DNA of 41,521 nucleotides from Catajapyx aquilonaris (GCA_000934665.2 JYFJ02003448.1:1-41521); one strand, 5' to 3'. Positions 22,222 through 34,290 are shown, counted from the first letter of the stretch. Numbers and translations: made by a program. Notes: generated from the letters alone by a model not told the origin.

Positions 22222-24711
22222 CTGGAATTCAAATGTAAAGTAACAATTAGTCACATAAACAACTATTGCGGAACCGCATGCAACCCAAAAAAAATGCATA
22301 ATTGCAAAATCATGCTCAAGAAAAGCAACCAACCAGAAAGAAAATAAACGGCAGGTTGGGAAATTAAAGCAAGTATGCTGGAAATAGTAGCAGCGCCTAC
22401 ATTATAGCTGTGCTCCAGGTTAGTTAAGGTCAGTCATGTTGCATGCAACTACAAATCTTAATTACGAGTTGATGTGCATTAAACTTCACAGGGCTAGCTT
22501 CACTTGCGTAGCATATGCAAAATGTTTCTGTGCTACATATGCCACAGTTGTTAATAATTTAATAAAACGTTGTTATTCTGCTCTTTTAAAGTCAAAACTT
22601 ATGTCCAATGACATAGTAAGATAGTAGTACATTTAGAGGTTACCACTTCCAGGCAATGTTCATTATTTTCTGCAGTAACAATTCAAGCTTCATCTGTGAA
22701 CAATAAATTATGCTTTAGACCTTAGTTGGGATGACTTCAAAACTTACAAAAAAAAACAACGAATAAAATACTGCATATCGCACCACAAAAAATCACAACA
22801 GATTACACTTCAACTCCATATACATTATATCAGTTTCGATTTATGAATGTAAATCTGCATAATGACGTGTAAAATCCTACACATCAGGTTAATTACTTAC
22901 TAACAAGTAACAATCACGAGTTAAGAATTTTTGGAGATGCACATTTCAAGCTAACGCTCAAACACAAATAATTAGTTATGCAGTAGCAGTTTTGATATTC
23001 ACACTATCGGTTTGAATCGAGTAAACTACCAACTGATTTAAAATTAAACATATTACCTTTAAAATGCCATATTTGTGCAACACAACTCAAGAAGTTTCCA
23101 AGACAATAAGCAGTGTACTGCTAGTAATACAAGTGAACTAGAAATTAATGCCATTAAGTAATATTGTCAGCACTTGAGCATCATAATACATGCTTACTGA
23201 CTCGTGAGTGTAAAATTCCAGAAAAAAATGCACAACAACAAGTTGCAGGTCCTAATTAGGCTTTGTGAAAGGACACCACCAAATAGAATGTGTACACAAA
23301 AACTGGATATACGTATGTACTTTTCAAATATTTACCCACACATATGAATCGTTGAAATGTAAATACCAAATAGGCAATATTCCATTAGTTGTCAGTTAAA
23401 CAAAACAAAAAAAGTCAACTGAATCTGAATAATTTTTAAAACCTCCAAGATGTCCTGGTGGTGCACCATACCTATAACCTTGATGAGATGTTTTTGCAGG
23501 ACTGAATAGTGCCCTGAGCCAACTCACTAGTAACCGAAGGGGAAGAAAAACTTAACCCCTATGTGTTCCCCCAGAGTACAGGCTGTTTCAGTGCTGCACT
23601 AAAATTTTCACTTTCATGAAAATGTAATGTTGCATTATCCTCTACTTTCTACTCCTCAGTGGGGAAAATTGCATTGCTCCAAAGCAACCCAACCATTTAT
23701 CATAATCTCACATTGCAACCCACAATATCGCTATTCATTTATCAGCCAGTGCAGGCATAATGTAACATCTATGTAAGCAACCCATTCATTTATTCCAGTG
23801 CAGGAATAGCAGGGTGGCCTACACTCCATTAGTTTATTCCGATATAAGCACTGACTGCATGCTCAAATTCAAGTGTGCAAGGCCAGTGTAAGCCTTCCTT
23901 ACCTGATGATAATATTGACTCTCAAGTCATTGCACTACCCCTTACACTACATCGGCTGATTAACAAATGTACCTATTGTTTTAGGATCAAGATGTACATG
24001 GTTTTCAGTCGTGTCCTTTCTTACTATTAAACTAAGCTTCATGGTCAGAATCCCAGGTCATATGGTGACATCACAATCACAACAATGTCCATGTGGTGTA
24101 ACATTATCCCCTCTTGAAAATTAATTTCTAACACAACTCCACATTATGACAATTAAGAATCACTTCCAAAATCCAAGGAATCAAATTACCAACAAGTACA
24201 AATAATATGCACAGTACAAGTCAATAATTGCAAGTTGTTATGGATGCCATTTTATTAATGGCAACAAGTTGCAACCTACTTGCACGATCTTATTTGCACT
24301 CATACATGAATCTGGTCCCAGTGCGCAATGTAAAAATCTGTGCAGAATTCACAATCAAATAAAAATATGGGCATGCAGGCTGTCCTCAGTGTGTGTTGCG
24401 CCATCAATGGGTAGGTTTTGCTACGTCTTCACTAAATTTTGAAAACTAAATATTTATTCAGTATTTTTTTCTTCTTCTTATAAAACTTAATTACTCCATA
24501 ATTGTGAATTTTTAAACCTTACTGCTCAGATAACAGAAAATTCTTCATATCCCCAAATGTGCCCCCACGCTCACCAATCTTGTGTCCCCATGCCTATCCA
24601 ATACATCAGCTTTCGCAATCTACTACTTTTTTGTTGCATACTGTCTTGAAAACAAACGGCAGTTATGATAATGCATTTTTACATATTCGAGTTTTAAATC
24701 AGACAGTTTAA

Positions 24712-25258
24712 CTCTCAGAGCCCGGTGGGCTGGTGTACAGGCTTTCTGACTTTCTATTTTTAGATCAACACTTCTGGATGAAATGTAGGGATTGTTATTT
24801 TTTCTAGCAACGGAGGGCAGATGTCTGTAGACACTGGCTTGCCCTCTTAGACCATGAACTATGCTAAATTTTGTCAAAATGCTTTCAAAGCAATGTTTTT
24901 TTTTGGGTAACAACAGATGGCAGCATGCATCAGCCTCTGGATTTCTGATTTGCCATCCTTTTGTTTTATTTCTTGATTGCATTTGTAAATTAGGGCTATA
25001 AACTATCACAGAAAAATTTGGTTGAGTTTTGATGATTTCCGTTAACCAAGCCGATAACACATAATTAGATTCAAAATGGCCGACATGGTCAAGTGACCAT
25101 CAATTTGCATTTTTTTTTTTAAGTCCCATCTAAGCAAAGCATGGATGTACTATAACTTTCCTATATAATTAATCTTTTATTGTAGCATTGTTTTGTGGTC
25201 ATACATAATTTACTAAAAAACTTTTTAAAAATTCAAATATCCTGCCGGGCTCTGAGGG
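24712..25258. mobile_element. piggyBac-like MITE
   Basis: TTAA|CTCTCAGAGCCCGG ... CCGGGCTCTGAGGG|TAAA. Confidence 0.6.
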
Positions 25259-25904
25259 TAAATTTGGATCACAGGGGTTGTTTTTTTTTGCCTGACTGCT
25301 TGCCCAACTTATATGTGCAGGTGGAAGAAGCTTCTCAGCCAAATTCAGTTCCAGTGATAGTCAGCCTATCACTGAGCATACAATTTGAATCAATCAATAA
25401 CTATACAATTCAATGTTTCCAATATGTGTTTCAAGTCAAATCTTACTAACCAAATAATATGGGATACATTCAAAATGTTGATGATCAAATCTACTTCAGG
25501 AATTCTGACAGTTTCTCACAATAAAACGTGCATTCTGTGCATAATTTTCTTTGACATCCCAATTTTCAGTACATACCCCTGACAAATTATAAGGACAGTC
25601 TGTGTCACCATCAGCCAAACAAGCTTCAAGTTAGTATATATAGCATGCATATGTTGGTATAAGAGAATGCGCCAATTAATGTGTCAGTTTGTCAATAATG
25701 CCCATAACACAATAATATATGGCATTTTTTAAAGGATTTATGTGCAACAGGTGTAAAAAGTAATAGCTCCCAAAAACAATATGTGATAGTCACTTATAGT
25801 CTTTTGTGTGGCTAGTAAAAAGGTAGATGCATTAAAACAAGGCAGGCATAAAGGACTAAAGATAAGACTAAAGATTCATAGATTTGTTCCTCGAAAATAC
25901 TAAC

Positions 25905-25952
25905 CGACTCCACTGCCGAGCCTAAGGTTTCAAAACCCATTCCCACAACGTC
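25905..25952 (-). CDS. FHIP1: candidate alternatively spliced 48-nt FHIP1 cassette exon (DVVGMGFETLGSAVES)
   Basis: Minus strand reads ttttccccttttttgtag|GAC...TCG|gttagt. 16 codons, no stop, phase 0/0, matching flanking exons 3 and 4. Confidence 0.6.
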
Positions 25953-26130
25953 CTACAAAAAAGGGGAAAATCACACAATACAGAAAAAAGACATTCAACT
26001 TGAAGACAGAACAGACGAAGAACACCAATAAATTGCAGTGAAATCCCTTTTAATTGTGGCCTAAATATTTATGGATGGTATTTTAATGACTGAGACACAA
26101 AACATTTTCAAAATAATCTGGGATATTATG

Positions 26131-26670
26131 AGGGCCATACTAAAATGATCCGTAATTTATTTTTTAGCCACAAATACAGTGCCCATACAGGTCGGCAGAT
26201 AGTCACATATTATAGATAGAATCCTCCTGGAGCCGAACACACAAGAATCATGAGTGTAAAACCTCTCCGTGCCCTCCAGGAACAATTTTTTGGAGGTTCT
26301 GGATCTGGACACCCCCTCACGGACAACTGCTTACAGTCAACAATGTCCTCGAAATTGCATCAGCAAAGGAGTTTTTTGGGATCTGAACAGGTGAAAGTCA
26401 CTGGCGGCCAAGCCTGGTGAGTGCATGCCGACGCCATTTCAAGGACACTGTTGACAGTTGCTTACGTTGTTGATTCACAGTTGTCCGGTAGTGGGTGCGT
26501 TGCACCTCCAAAAAGTGGTTCCTGGAGGGCCTGGAGAGGTTGACACACCTGTGGTGGTAGTGCATTCAGCTCCATGAGGATTTTATCTATAATGTGTGAC
26601 TATCTGCCGACCTGTACGGGCACTGTAATTGTGGCAAAAAAATAAATGGTAAATCATTTAGTACGGCCCT
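26131..26670. mobile_element. 540-bp palindromic MITE
   Basis: AGGGCCATACTAAAATGAT..CAGTGCCCATACAGGTCGGCAGATAGTCACA mirrored by TGTGACTATCTGCCGACCTGTACGGGCACTG..ATCATTTAGTACGGCCCT. Confidence 0.85.
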
Positions 26671-27966
26671 TGTATTATTTTTATTCACATGGTTGCATGC
26701 AAAAATCAATTTAACAAGATTTCACTGTTCATTGACTTTTTTTGCGCTGGGGTATTTCAAAAAGGACTACCTGCTGCAGTTCACATGATTTTGTTATTTT
26801 GAGTCCCCTGAAGGTATGCTCAGTTGGAAAAAAAAAGATCTGACATATATCACCAAACATTTATTTGTTAAAACAATGCTACTGCCTGTGCCAAAACCAG
26901 AGCTATGCAGTAACACTTTGCCTCACGCTGGATTCTGCACTCTTTGAGTGGGGGTTGAAAAATAGCATCCTAGGTGAATATCACTAGATCAGGCACCATT
27001 GGTTTCACTCCTCGATTCATGCACAAGAGGAGGCTGAACATTGCAAGATATACCAACCTACGTTGAATATCGAGAGAGGGCAATCAACCACCTCATATAC
27101 TATGTACAAGACGGTGACGTCATCATTTTGCGACATCTACGCGGGGCTTTTTTTAGGCGGCCTCCACCCCTCGTAATCATACAAGATAATATTCTATATG
27201 ATTGCCCACTCTGATGAATTATGAAAACATTAATTGTCCGTAGTTTACACGGAGGTAATGTGAGCCACCAGGTGCAACAAAAGGCAGATCAGGTGGCAAG
27301 CGGACACTGCCTAGAGCTTGGAGCAGTCCGCCCGGCCAATTAGGAGCGAGGACACTTTTTATGACCGAAATGGCTGCGGGGGAGTTTGCCTACCCTTGAC
27401 AGATCAATCTGATTTTTGCCCTGGCGAAAAGTCGCAGAATTTCAGGGATTTTTAAATGGTTTTCAGCTGCACGTCCACTTACCGGGAAATATGCAGCAAG
27501 CAGCTACGTGTATTTAAATTCGTGCAGTAAGTGTTTGTTTCGGTTTGTTTACCTTTGGCCTATGACATCATGCCATTAAAACTATCATGTGAGTGGCATA
27601 AATACTCATGAACATAGCCTTAGGTCACTCTTCTAGTTTCTATGGTGAAAGAAATTTCCATCAGGGTTATGCCAGTGAATCTTAAAAAATTATTTTGTGT
27701 GGTTGCATTATAATGCATTATAATGCAACCATCATGGCCACGAGAGACAAAGGGTTGATATGAGACATTCACAATTGCAAATCAATATTCACCAATAAAT
27801 AAATAAAACAGTTACCACTATTCCCAAGTATATCTGATGCCCCTAAACATTGAATTGTGAATTTATGTTTCAAATGGCAGAATGGCACATTCTCCATAGT
27901 CCGGGAAAATGGAGGTCCCTAAGAGAAGTACTCAAATTACATGTTTGTTGAAATATTTGCCCTTTA

Positions 27967-28845
27967 GGGCACCGGATACCTTTGTGATTTTTCAGAATCG
28001 CGGGCCAAGTTTGGCCTAGTCACCGGTGCAGCATTATTTTTGCACCCCGATGCGGGCATCTCGCTGGAGGTACGGACCTGAAATTATCACAGCATGGTGA
28101 GGAAGGTCCAATTGAGCCACCAATGAAGTTTCAATCCATTACAATAATAATTGCGAGAGCTACAAGGGGAGGTGGTTTTGAAAAATGGCTCATGACATCT
28201 TGGCTCCGGATTCGAATTTGGGAAAATCTCGACAGTCTGCGATGGCAAAAGTTGTCTTCTATTACTCTTCCAAAGTGCGATTAATTTGAGCTATTGGATT
28301 TTGCACAGCTATTAAAACGGTTTCACCACTCACCTCGTAAAATCAGAGCTGGTACTTCCAAAATAGTACAGTTGGTTCCTTGTTACCCACGTGCTTTTTT
28401 AATTACCTAGCCCAAACCAGTTCCCTGGCAACCGGGACAGGGAACCAACTGTTCTATGTTCGAAAGTTCTAAGACGATTTTACAAGGTGAGGTGGTGAAA
28501 CCGTTTTAATAGCTGAGCAAACACCAATAGCCCAAATTAATCGCGCTTTGGAGGGGTAAGAGAGGACAACTTTTGCCATTGCAAACTGTCGAGATATTTC
28601 CCAAATTCGAATCCGGAGCCAAGATGTCGTGAGTCCTTTTTTCAAAAACTCCTCCCCTTGTAGATCTCACAATTATTATAATTGATCGAAACTCCTCAAT
28701 TGGTCCTTCCTCGCCTTGCTGTGAAAAATTCAAGTCCATACCCCCAGCGAGACGCCCGCATCAGCAGTGCAAAGAGAACACTGCACCCGTGACTCTGCCA
28801 AACTTGGCCCGCGATTCTGAAAAATCGCATAGGTATCCGGCGCCC
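27967..28845. mobile_element. palindromic TTAA-type (Kolobok-like) MITE, about 880 bp
   Basis: TTTA|GGGCACCGGATACCT..TTCAGAATCGCGGGCCAAGTTTGGC ... GCCAAACTTGGCCCGCGATTCTGAA..AGGTATCCGGCGCCC|TTAA. Arms are about 420 bp and diverged. Confidence 0.85.
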
Positions 28846-29105
28846 TTAAGGTGGAGGAGTGCCTGGAAAAGTGTCATGCTTATGTAGTATCAAAGGCCCA
28901 AGTGTAGGCTTACAAATGAATGTGCTTCAAAGCTCGCACTGACTAAGCTTTTTGAAATACTTAAGGGACCTTTCCCAGATGATAATAACGAATCTGGATG
29001 AAAGTGAATATGCTAATATAGAAGAATATATGACACAAAAATGTAATCATTTCGTACTATGGTCCATATTTGCAAAAGTTATTACATGTTATAGTGTCAA
29101 AAATA

Positions 29106-29689
29106 CAGTAACACTTGTATAAGTCGAACTTCACTAAGTTGAAGTTCTCTACAAGTCGAAGAAAATGATGAGCTTGGTTGGTCCGAATGTAACATAATAG
29201 GAAATAAACTTCTCTAACTTAAATTTCTACAACTCGAAGTGCAGGCAGGGCCTTATGATGGGATATCGATGCATTTTCAGTCTCCCTAAGTCAAAGTTCA
29301 TGTTGGCGAGTGCGGAAAATTTTCTCATTTCCCAGCCGAAGGGTCGAGAGTAGGCCACATGTACAGAAATGCTCAATTTCCTGATCTCCGTCTACCAGAC
29401 GTATACCGAAAAGTGCTTGACTCGATTGTGACAATTGAATACTGGAATCTAAGAGTAGGCAAATGTCCATAACAGAGTTTTTTTTACACCAAACCAATGA
29501 AGAACATTGTAAGTGTGATAGTGACCTAGTCACTTTAAAGTTTTGAACACCTTTCGTCGCTGGAGATGAAGGTAGGCTTCCTTATAGAGTTCTGTGCTTT
29601 AGAAAATCCAAACTTCTCTAACTCGAATCTTCTATAACTCGAAGTTTTTTTCCAGTCCCAAGGAGATTCGACTTGTAGAAGTTTTACTG
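29106..29689. mobile_element. Tigger/pogo-like MITE (nested)
   Basis: TA|CAGTAACACTTGTATAAGTCGAA ... TTCGACTTGTAGAAGTTTTACTG|TA, with subterminal AA(C/G)TCGAA repeats. Confidence 0.8.
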
Positions 29690-30158
29690 TAGTACATTTC
29701 CAACAGAGATAACTTCATTCGTATTCAAGCGTTTACCCACTTTCAGTTTTCTGCGCCAATGTTCCGCGAAATGAATATGCATTTTACTCTTGTGGATACT
29801 TTCCAGAATCAAATGCTCCATTCATCACACCAATAGAGTACTGCTTTGACAACTTAGCAAGTGCCAAGTGTGCTACATGTGATGAGATTGAGCTTCTTTT
29901 GTTGTGCACGTTGCAATATTTGTTTCTGTATAAACCACTCATTAAAAAGTCAACTGCATGTATATGTAATAAATTGTATGGCAGTTAAATAGTACGTATT
30001 TGGTACAATACAAGTGATTCCACACTTCACTGTCATTATATGTGGTCGCTAACGTAATCCCATTGTGTATGGAAATGTAATATTTTGGCACTTTAACACG
30101 TCATAACTTTTGCAAATATGGGCCACAGCAAAAAAGTACTTCATTTTTTGTTATCATA

Positions 30159-30794
30159 CAGGGTGAAGGGAAACTCGCATACAATCACCAGGTAGACTAA
30201 TAGTGCTCGCAAAACTAATATAGGAATGTAAAATAAGCTTTGGGCTTCGTTGTGTAGTTAATGCGTACAGCGGCGTCAAAGTTTCATGACGTCACATCCG
30301 TTCCGCCAAGTTCTAAGAAGCAAAAGTCAGTGCCAGGGCCTTGCCTTGGTCCCCACCACATCGTCCATGTGCAAAAAGCGAGCAAATCCCATCAGATAAG
30401 AATCTGCGTACAACACCCATGCACTTTGTCCTTTTTGCCTCATATTCTACCATCTGGCCCTCTAACACTTTAAGGCAGTGGTTACCAACCTTTTACCAAC
30501 TGAGGCCCCCTAAACACGTTTCCATAAATGTGCGACCCCCCCCCGGCCCCGTCTACAACTGCCTCCTTTCCAGAAAACATACACTCTGTATGGCCGCAAA
30601 AATTGTTCAATTGACACAGAAATTGCAAAAAAAAAAAGTTGAACTAAGGCTCGCGACCCCCCGGTTGGAAACCACTGCTTTAAGGGCTACTTTAACTACA
30701 GAATGCAGCCAAAAACTAATTGCACATCCCTATATTAGTTTTGCAAGTACTATTAGTTTACCTGGCAATTGTACGCAAGTTTCCCTTCACCCTG
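30159..30794. mobile_element. Tc1/mariner-like MITE with TIRs of about 100 bp (nested)
   Basis: TA|CAGGGTGAAGGGAAACT ... AGTTTCCCTTCACCCTG|TA. Confidence 0.88.
30476..30677. mobile_element. hAT (Charlie-like) MITE with 8-bp TSD
   Basis: CTTTAAGG|CAGTGGTTACCAACC ... GGTTGGAAACCACTG|CTTTAAGG. Confidence 0.92.
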
Positions 30795-30932
30795 TATATT
30801 GTCCCTTATTAGCATATTTAGTTGCATATGGATCCGTTATCATCATCCAGGAAAGGTCCCTTGTCAGTATTCAAAATATGTCTGGGGAGGGAGGTGGGTG
30901 GAGAGAGAAGGTAGGTAAAAAATTTCTGCAGA

Positions 30933-30976
30933 AAGTACACCTAGATCGTGATCATGATCACGATCTAGGTGTACTT
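30933..30976. repeat. perfect 44-bp loopless palindrome
   Basis: AAGTACACCTAGATCGTGATCA|TGATCACGATCTAGGTGTACTT. Confidence 0.95.
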
Positions 30977-31841
30977 AATCTATTATAATTAAACAGCAAG
31001 ATTTGCTCTGATGTGTAAAGATGTGGGATGAAGCACTAACAGTAGGCTGATGCCATGTACAGAATACTCATCAGATGCTGTGTAACTGAAATACTGTCCT
31101 CAACCATATTGGTGTTTTGTCCTGGATACACATATAGCACAATTTTTATTATATTCTTCAGTTACTAAAAATAGTTCCACTGCCTCTGAGAAGAAAAATT
31201 ACAGTGTGTTACCAGTATTCTTGTCCCTTTAATTATTGGGCATATTTGCAATAGAACAAACATGAAGCGAAGATTTTTTTTTCCGTTGAATCCCGCGTTT
31301 TATCACACCAATCGGATGCTCAACATCTCTACTAAACAATACCAACGTTAAAGTTTACCAGTGTTGCTGTTCTTTGGCACAAGCTGCTCAGACTTTCAAC
31401 TGTGCGCGCCGACGTCCTTTGGTGTCTGGGTACACATGCGGCTTTTGGCGCCTCTGTAAGCATTGCCATTAATTCAGTCACTTCTTAAGCATGTCTGTTG
31501 GATGCAGCTTGATGTCCTCTTTCGATTGATGTGCTTAAAATGTCAGAGGGTGATCTCCGTATGTGTCATTTTCAGTAACGAACCTGAGACATCCCCAAGC
31601 CTTGGTTCTCTACCAACAATAATAACAAATTCCCATATGCACCCTATACCAATGATTTGGAGCGTCAAACTTGCTAACCTCTGTGACAGTCATGCAATAC
31701 AGCAGTGTGCAAAGATTCAGCCCAATACAATACCTTCATGTATTTATTTGGACAGTAACAAACCAAGGCATCCACCTGCCTCTGAGCACGCTCGCTCCTA
31801 TCTTGGCTGCCAGCTCACAACAGCAACTCAAGAGTCTGTGT

Positions 31842-32180
31842 GAAGTTCAGTCAGCTCATTGGTCTTGCTCCCCATGTACTGGTACCGTCTTAACTGGCTA
31901 AGCATGTATTTATCCGAGCGTATGTCGGATCTATGCAATGATATCAGACTATCTCGTCCATGGGTAAACCAGTCCATACAAATACTGAATATGGATGTGA
32001 TCATGAGTGATATGATGGCAGCTGCTTTGATGTGCGGGAAGTCCTCAGTTTTTCTGACGGGGCTGCCTCACAGTTTAAACAGAGGCATCTGATGTCTCTT
32101 CTGTTCACTTTTCAATCTACACACGGCAAAGGTGTCGTTCATAGGACTGGGGTTGATTTCAAAGGAGCTTTGTGGTGATG
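31842..32180 (+). mobile_element. degenerate Sola-like (probably Sola2) DDD transposase fragment; may extend back to about 31260
   Basis: Peptides EVQSAHWS, AMISDYLVHG*, FSDGAASQFKQR, FQSTHGKGVVHRTG..FK..LW match recalled motifs E.QS.HW / ISD.L.H / SDG...Q.K / HGKG..DG.G. Contains stops and deletions. The superfamily label is less certain than the transposase call. Confidence 0.65.
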
Positions 32181-32255
32181 AACTAGGGCAGGAACATTAG
32201 TGGACACCCAGCAAGATTTCATATCACCCTGGCATCTCAGGTTGCCCGAACATTA

Positions 32256-32442
32256 AGTTGTGTTTGTACAGTATTGGCCATATATCGAGGCAACCGCCAG
32301 CGACATTTTCCGAAGCGGCAGAAGAAGGAATCGAAGATAAGCATACTTACAAGCCAGGTGAGCAAGATTCCTTCTTCTGCCGCTTCGGAAAATGTCGCTG
32401 GCGGTTGCCTCGATATATGACCAATACTGTACAAACACAACT
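32256..32442. mobile_element. palindromic MITE, same family as 8219-8386, opposite orientation
   Basis: Arms AGTTGTGTTTGTACAGTATTGG...GAAGAAGGAATC. The loop resembles the reverse complement of the 8219 loop. Confidence 0.85.
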
Positions 32443-33323
32443 ACAGTTGGCGAATTTTTTTGGGTGCTTCCAAAAATGGGAAATTCGCTGGGATCGTGGT
32501 ATACGAGCCCAAGGGGACTACTTTGAGGGTGATGGAGACAACTAGTCTAAAAATGAGTTTTTCACCCGGTGGCAGCAGCAGTCCGGAAAATTTTGGCTCA
32601 CACCTTGTATGTAGGATGAAATGGATAGATCAAGCAGTGGATGTATCTAGTCATGTTCCTGAAACCTTTAAGCAAGGCTGATAGGAAAATGACAAATCGA
32701 ATGAAATTATCACAAATATTTGCTACTAATACTATATGCATTTACTATCTTCTTAGGGACAAAAATAAAACATCCCCCCCCCCCCTACAGAAAGAGAATT
32801 CCTGTCATACCAGCAGCTTTTGCAGCAATTCTGGGGGTTTCATATCCTCTACAGACTTAATTTCCTCAAAATATGAGGACATTTAAAAAAAAGTTCTCCT
32901 AATGTGAAGTATTTTCTTGTAACATGGTTCCCTACAGGCCTCCCTCAGACAAAATACTCCAAACCAAAACAAAGACCCACATCCACAGAAACTACAAGTT
33001 TAAACTTAATTGAGTAATGTGTCACATTTCCCCCCTCCAACTGCAGATTTGAGCAGTGCTCCCACTCCATCTCATCATGTCACTCATGTTTTATAGTGCA
33101 CGGTTGGAGCTAGGTCGTAATGGTCAACACATATCCAGACAGTGATGCATAATTATGGCTATTGCAAATGTGTTCACTCAACTGAAAAATGTAGCCTCAT
33201 GGCTCTTCAAACAAAACCATAAGTGCAGGCAGTCCAAATTGAAGATCCCTGCCAACACAAAAATAATAACCCAAACAAGCAAACAGCTAGTACACAACCA
33301 ATAACAATCTAGTCACACACTAC

Positions 33324-33569
33324 CTGATGTAAAGCCGGTCCAACAACAGGCAGTAGAAATCCCTGGTACAAGTAATCCAGTAGCTGCTCTTGCACAGCAG
33401 GGTGTGCCATCTCAACTACAGCATTGCAGAATTCTAACGAGTGCAGGAAGTTTGCCAGCTCAGGGACACTGTTGGCATCCTCAGCAGTAAAGCAGTGCCA
33501 GCCCTCTGTGTCCACCAGGAGCTTGCGAGGTAACACTGAATACAAGCCACTTAGGCCTGTTGCTAAAAT
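33324..33569 (-). CDS. FHIP1: FHIP1 coding exon 3 (ILATGLSGLYSVLPRKL...PVVGPALHQ)
   Basis: Conserved 'LATGLSGLYS.LPRK' and 'F..SLEFCNAV...AHP....QL..Y.Y.GFL.PV.GPALH'. Acceptor atag| at 33570, donor CAG|gtagtg at 33323, 246 nt. Confidence 0.95.
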
Positions 33570-33696
33570 CTATATCATTAAGAAAAAAAAACATTACTAA
33601 TGTATTCCACTGTATTCAGTCACATTACATATAATAATTTTCATCATTTATCAGCCCTCTCTGTTCCTGCATAGCACTTAAAACACTGCAACTAAC

Positions 33697-34290
33697 CGGG
33701 CAAAAGTTGGACCTGTGGGCCACATATTCTCCAACCTCCTGGTTCTCCTTGGAGAGTGCCATGCAGAGAAGCATTGCGTCCCTAGCTTGCTGCCCTATGC
33801 TTCCCTCTCTATGTACAAATGGAATCAGAAGTGAAAACACCAGGAACCCTGCTTCCCCGCCTTCCTCAATCCCATGGCAGAAGAATAGATCCAGCAGTGC
33901 TTCATTCTGCACCAAGCACACACACAACTGGTTGAGTAGGATTACCAGCCGTTTCTCCACCTCGACTGGTGAACACTCCCCACAGCTGGACAACAACTTC
34001 AAAAGAGGTCTGAGCACTGGCTCATGCACCAGTAGTTCCCTCTTTGAGCTGCTGACAAGCATCTCAAACCACTTGAGCTGTTCAAGCTTGAGGGAATTGG
34101 TGAACTGGCCAGCTCTGCATGAACTCCAAGAGTGAACTTTGTCCAGAACATTTTCCGAAAGAAGAAAGTCCAGGCAGGAAGATGGAGATTCTGCTGGCAG
34201 ATGGAGCTCATGCAGGAGTAGCGTCATCATCTGGGTTAGGTGAGTTATCACCTCGCAGACATCATCACTACCTGGGGCCGTCTTCTGCAC
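33697..34290 (-). CDS. FHIP1: FHIP1 coding exon 2 (VQKTAPG...HRSNFCP), RAI16-like/FHIP N-terminal domain
   Basis: ORF 33625..34290 has FHIP1 motifs 'VEVEKRLVILLNQLC', 'FLVFSLLIPFVHREGSIGQQARDA' and 'SNFCP'. Acceptor ttccag| at 34291, donor CCG|gttagt at 33696, 594 nt. Confidence 0.95.

Larger units (their letters stand above)
28965..30860. mobile_element. old TTAA-type (Kolobok-like) element with long TIRs, interrupted by nested insertions
   Basis: TTAA|GGGACCTTTCC ... GGAAAGGTCCC. Segments 28965-29105 mirror 30081-30158 plus 30795-30860. Confidence 0.75.

Noticed and set aside
23903..23972. Strong minus-strand donor CAG|gtaagg in intron 3 with an upstream AG
   Set aside because: Poor polypyrimidine tract and an in-frame stop in phase 0. 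I cannot support it as a coding exon, though a poison exon is not excluded.
29106..29689. Spaced short repeats (AACTCGAA/AAGTCGAA) as a CRISPR-like array
   Set aside because: They are irregular, short and inside TIRs, typical of Tigger subterminal repeats. The context is eukaryotic with no cas genes.
30341..30988. 215-aa plus-strand ORF
   Set aside because: It runs across three nested MITEs and a palindrome, with no recognisable domain. A chance ORF.
32237..32545. Identical N-termini MCLYSIGHISRQPP on both strands
   Set aside because: An artefact of the palindromic MITE.
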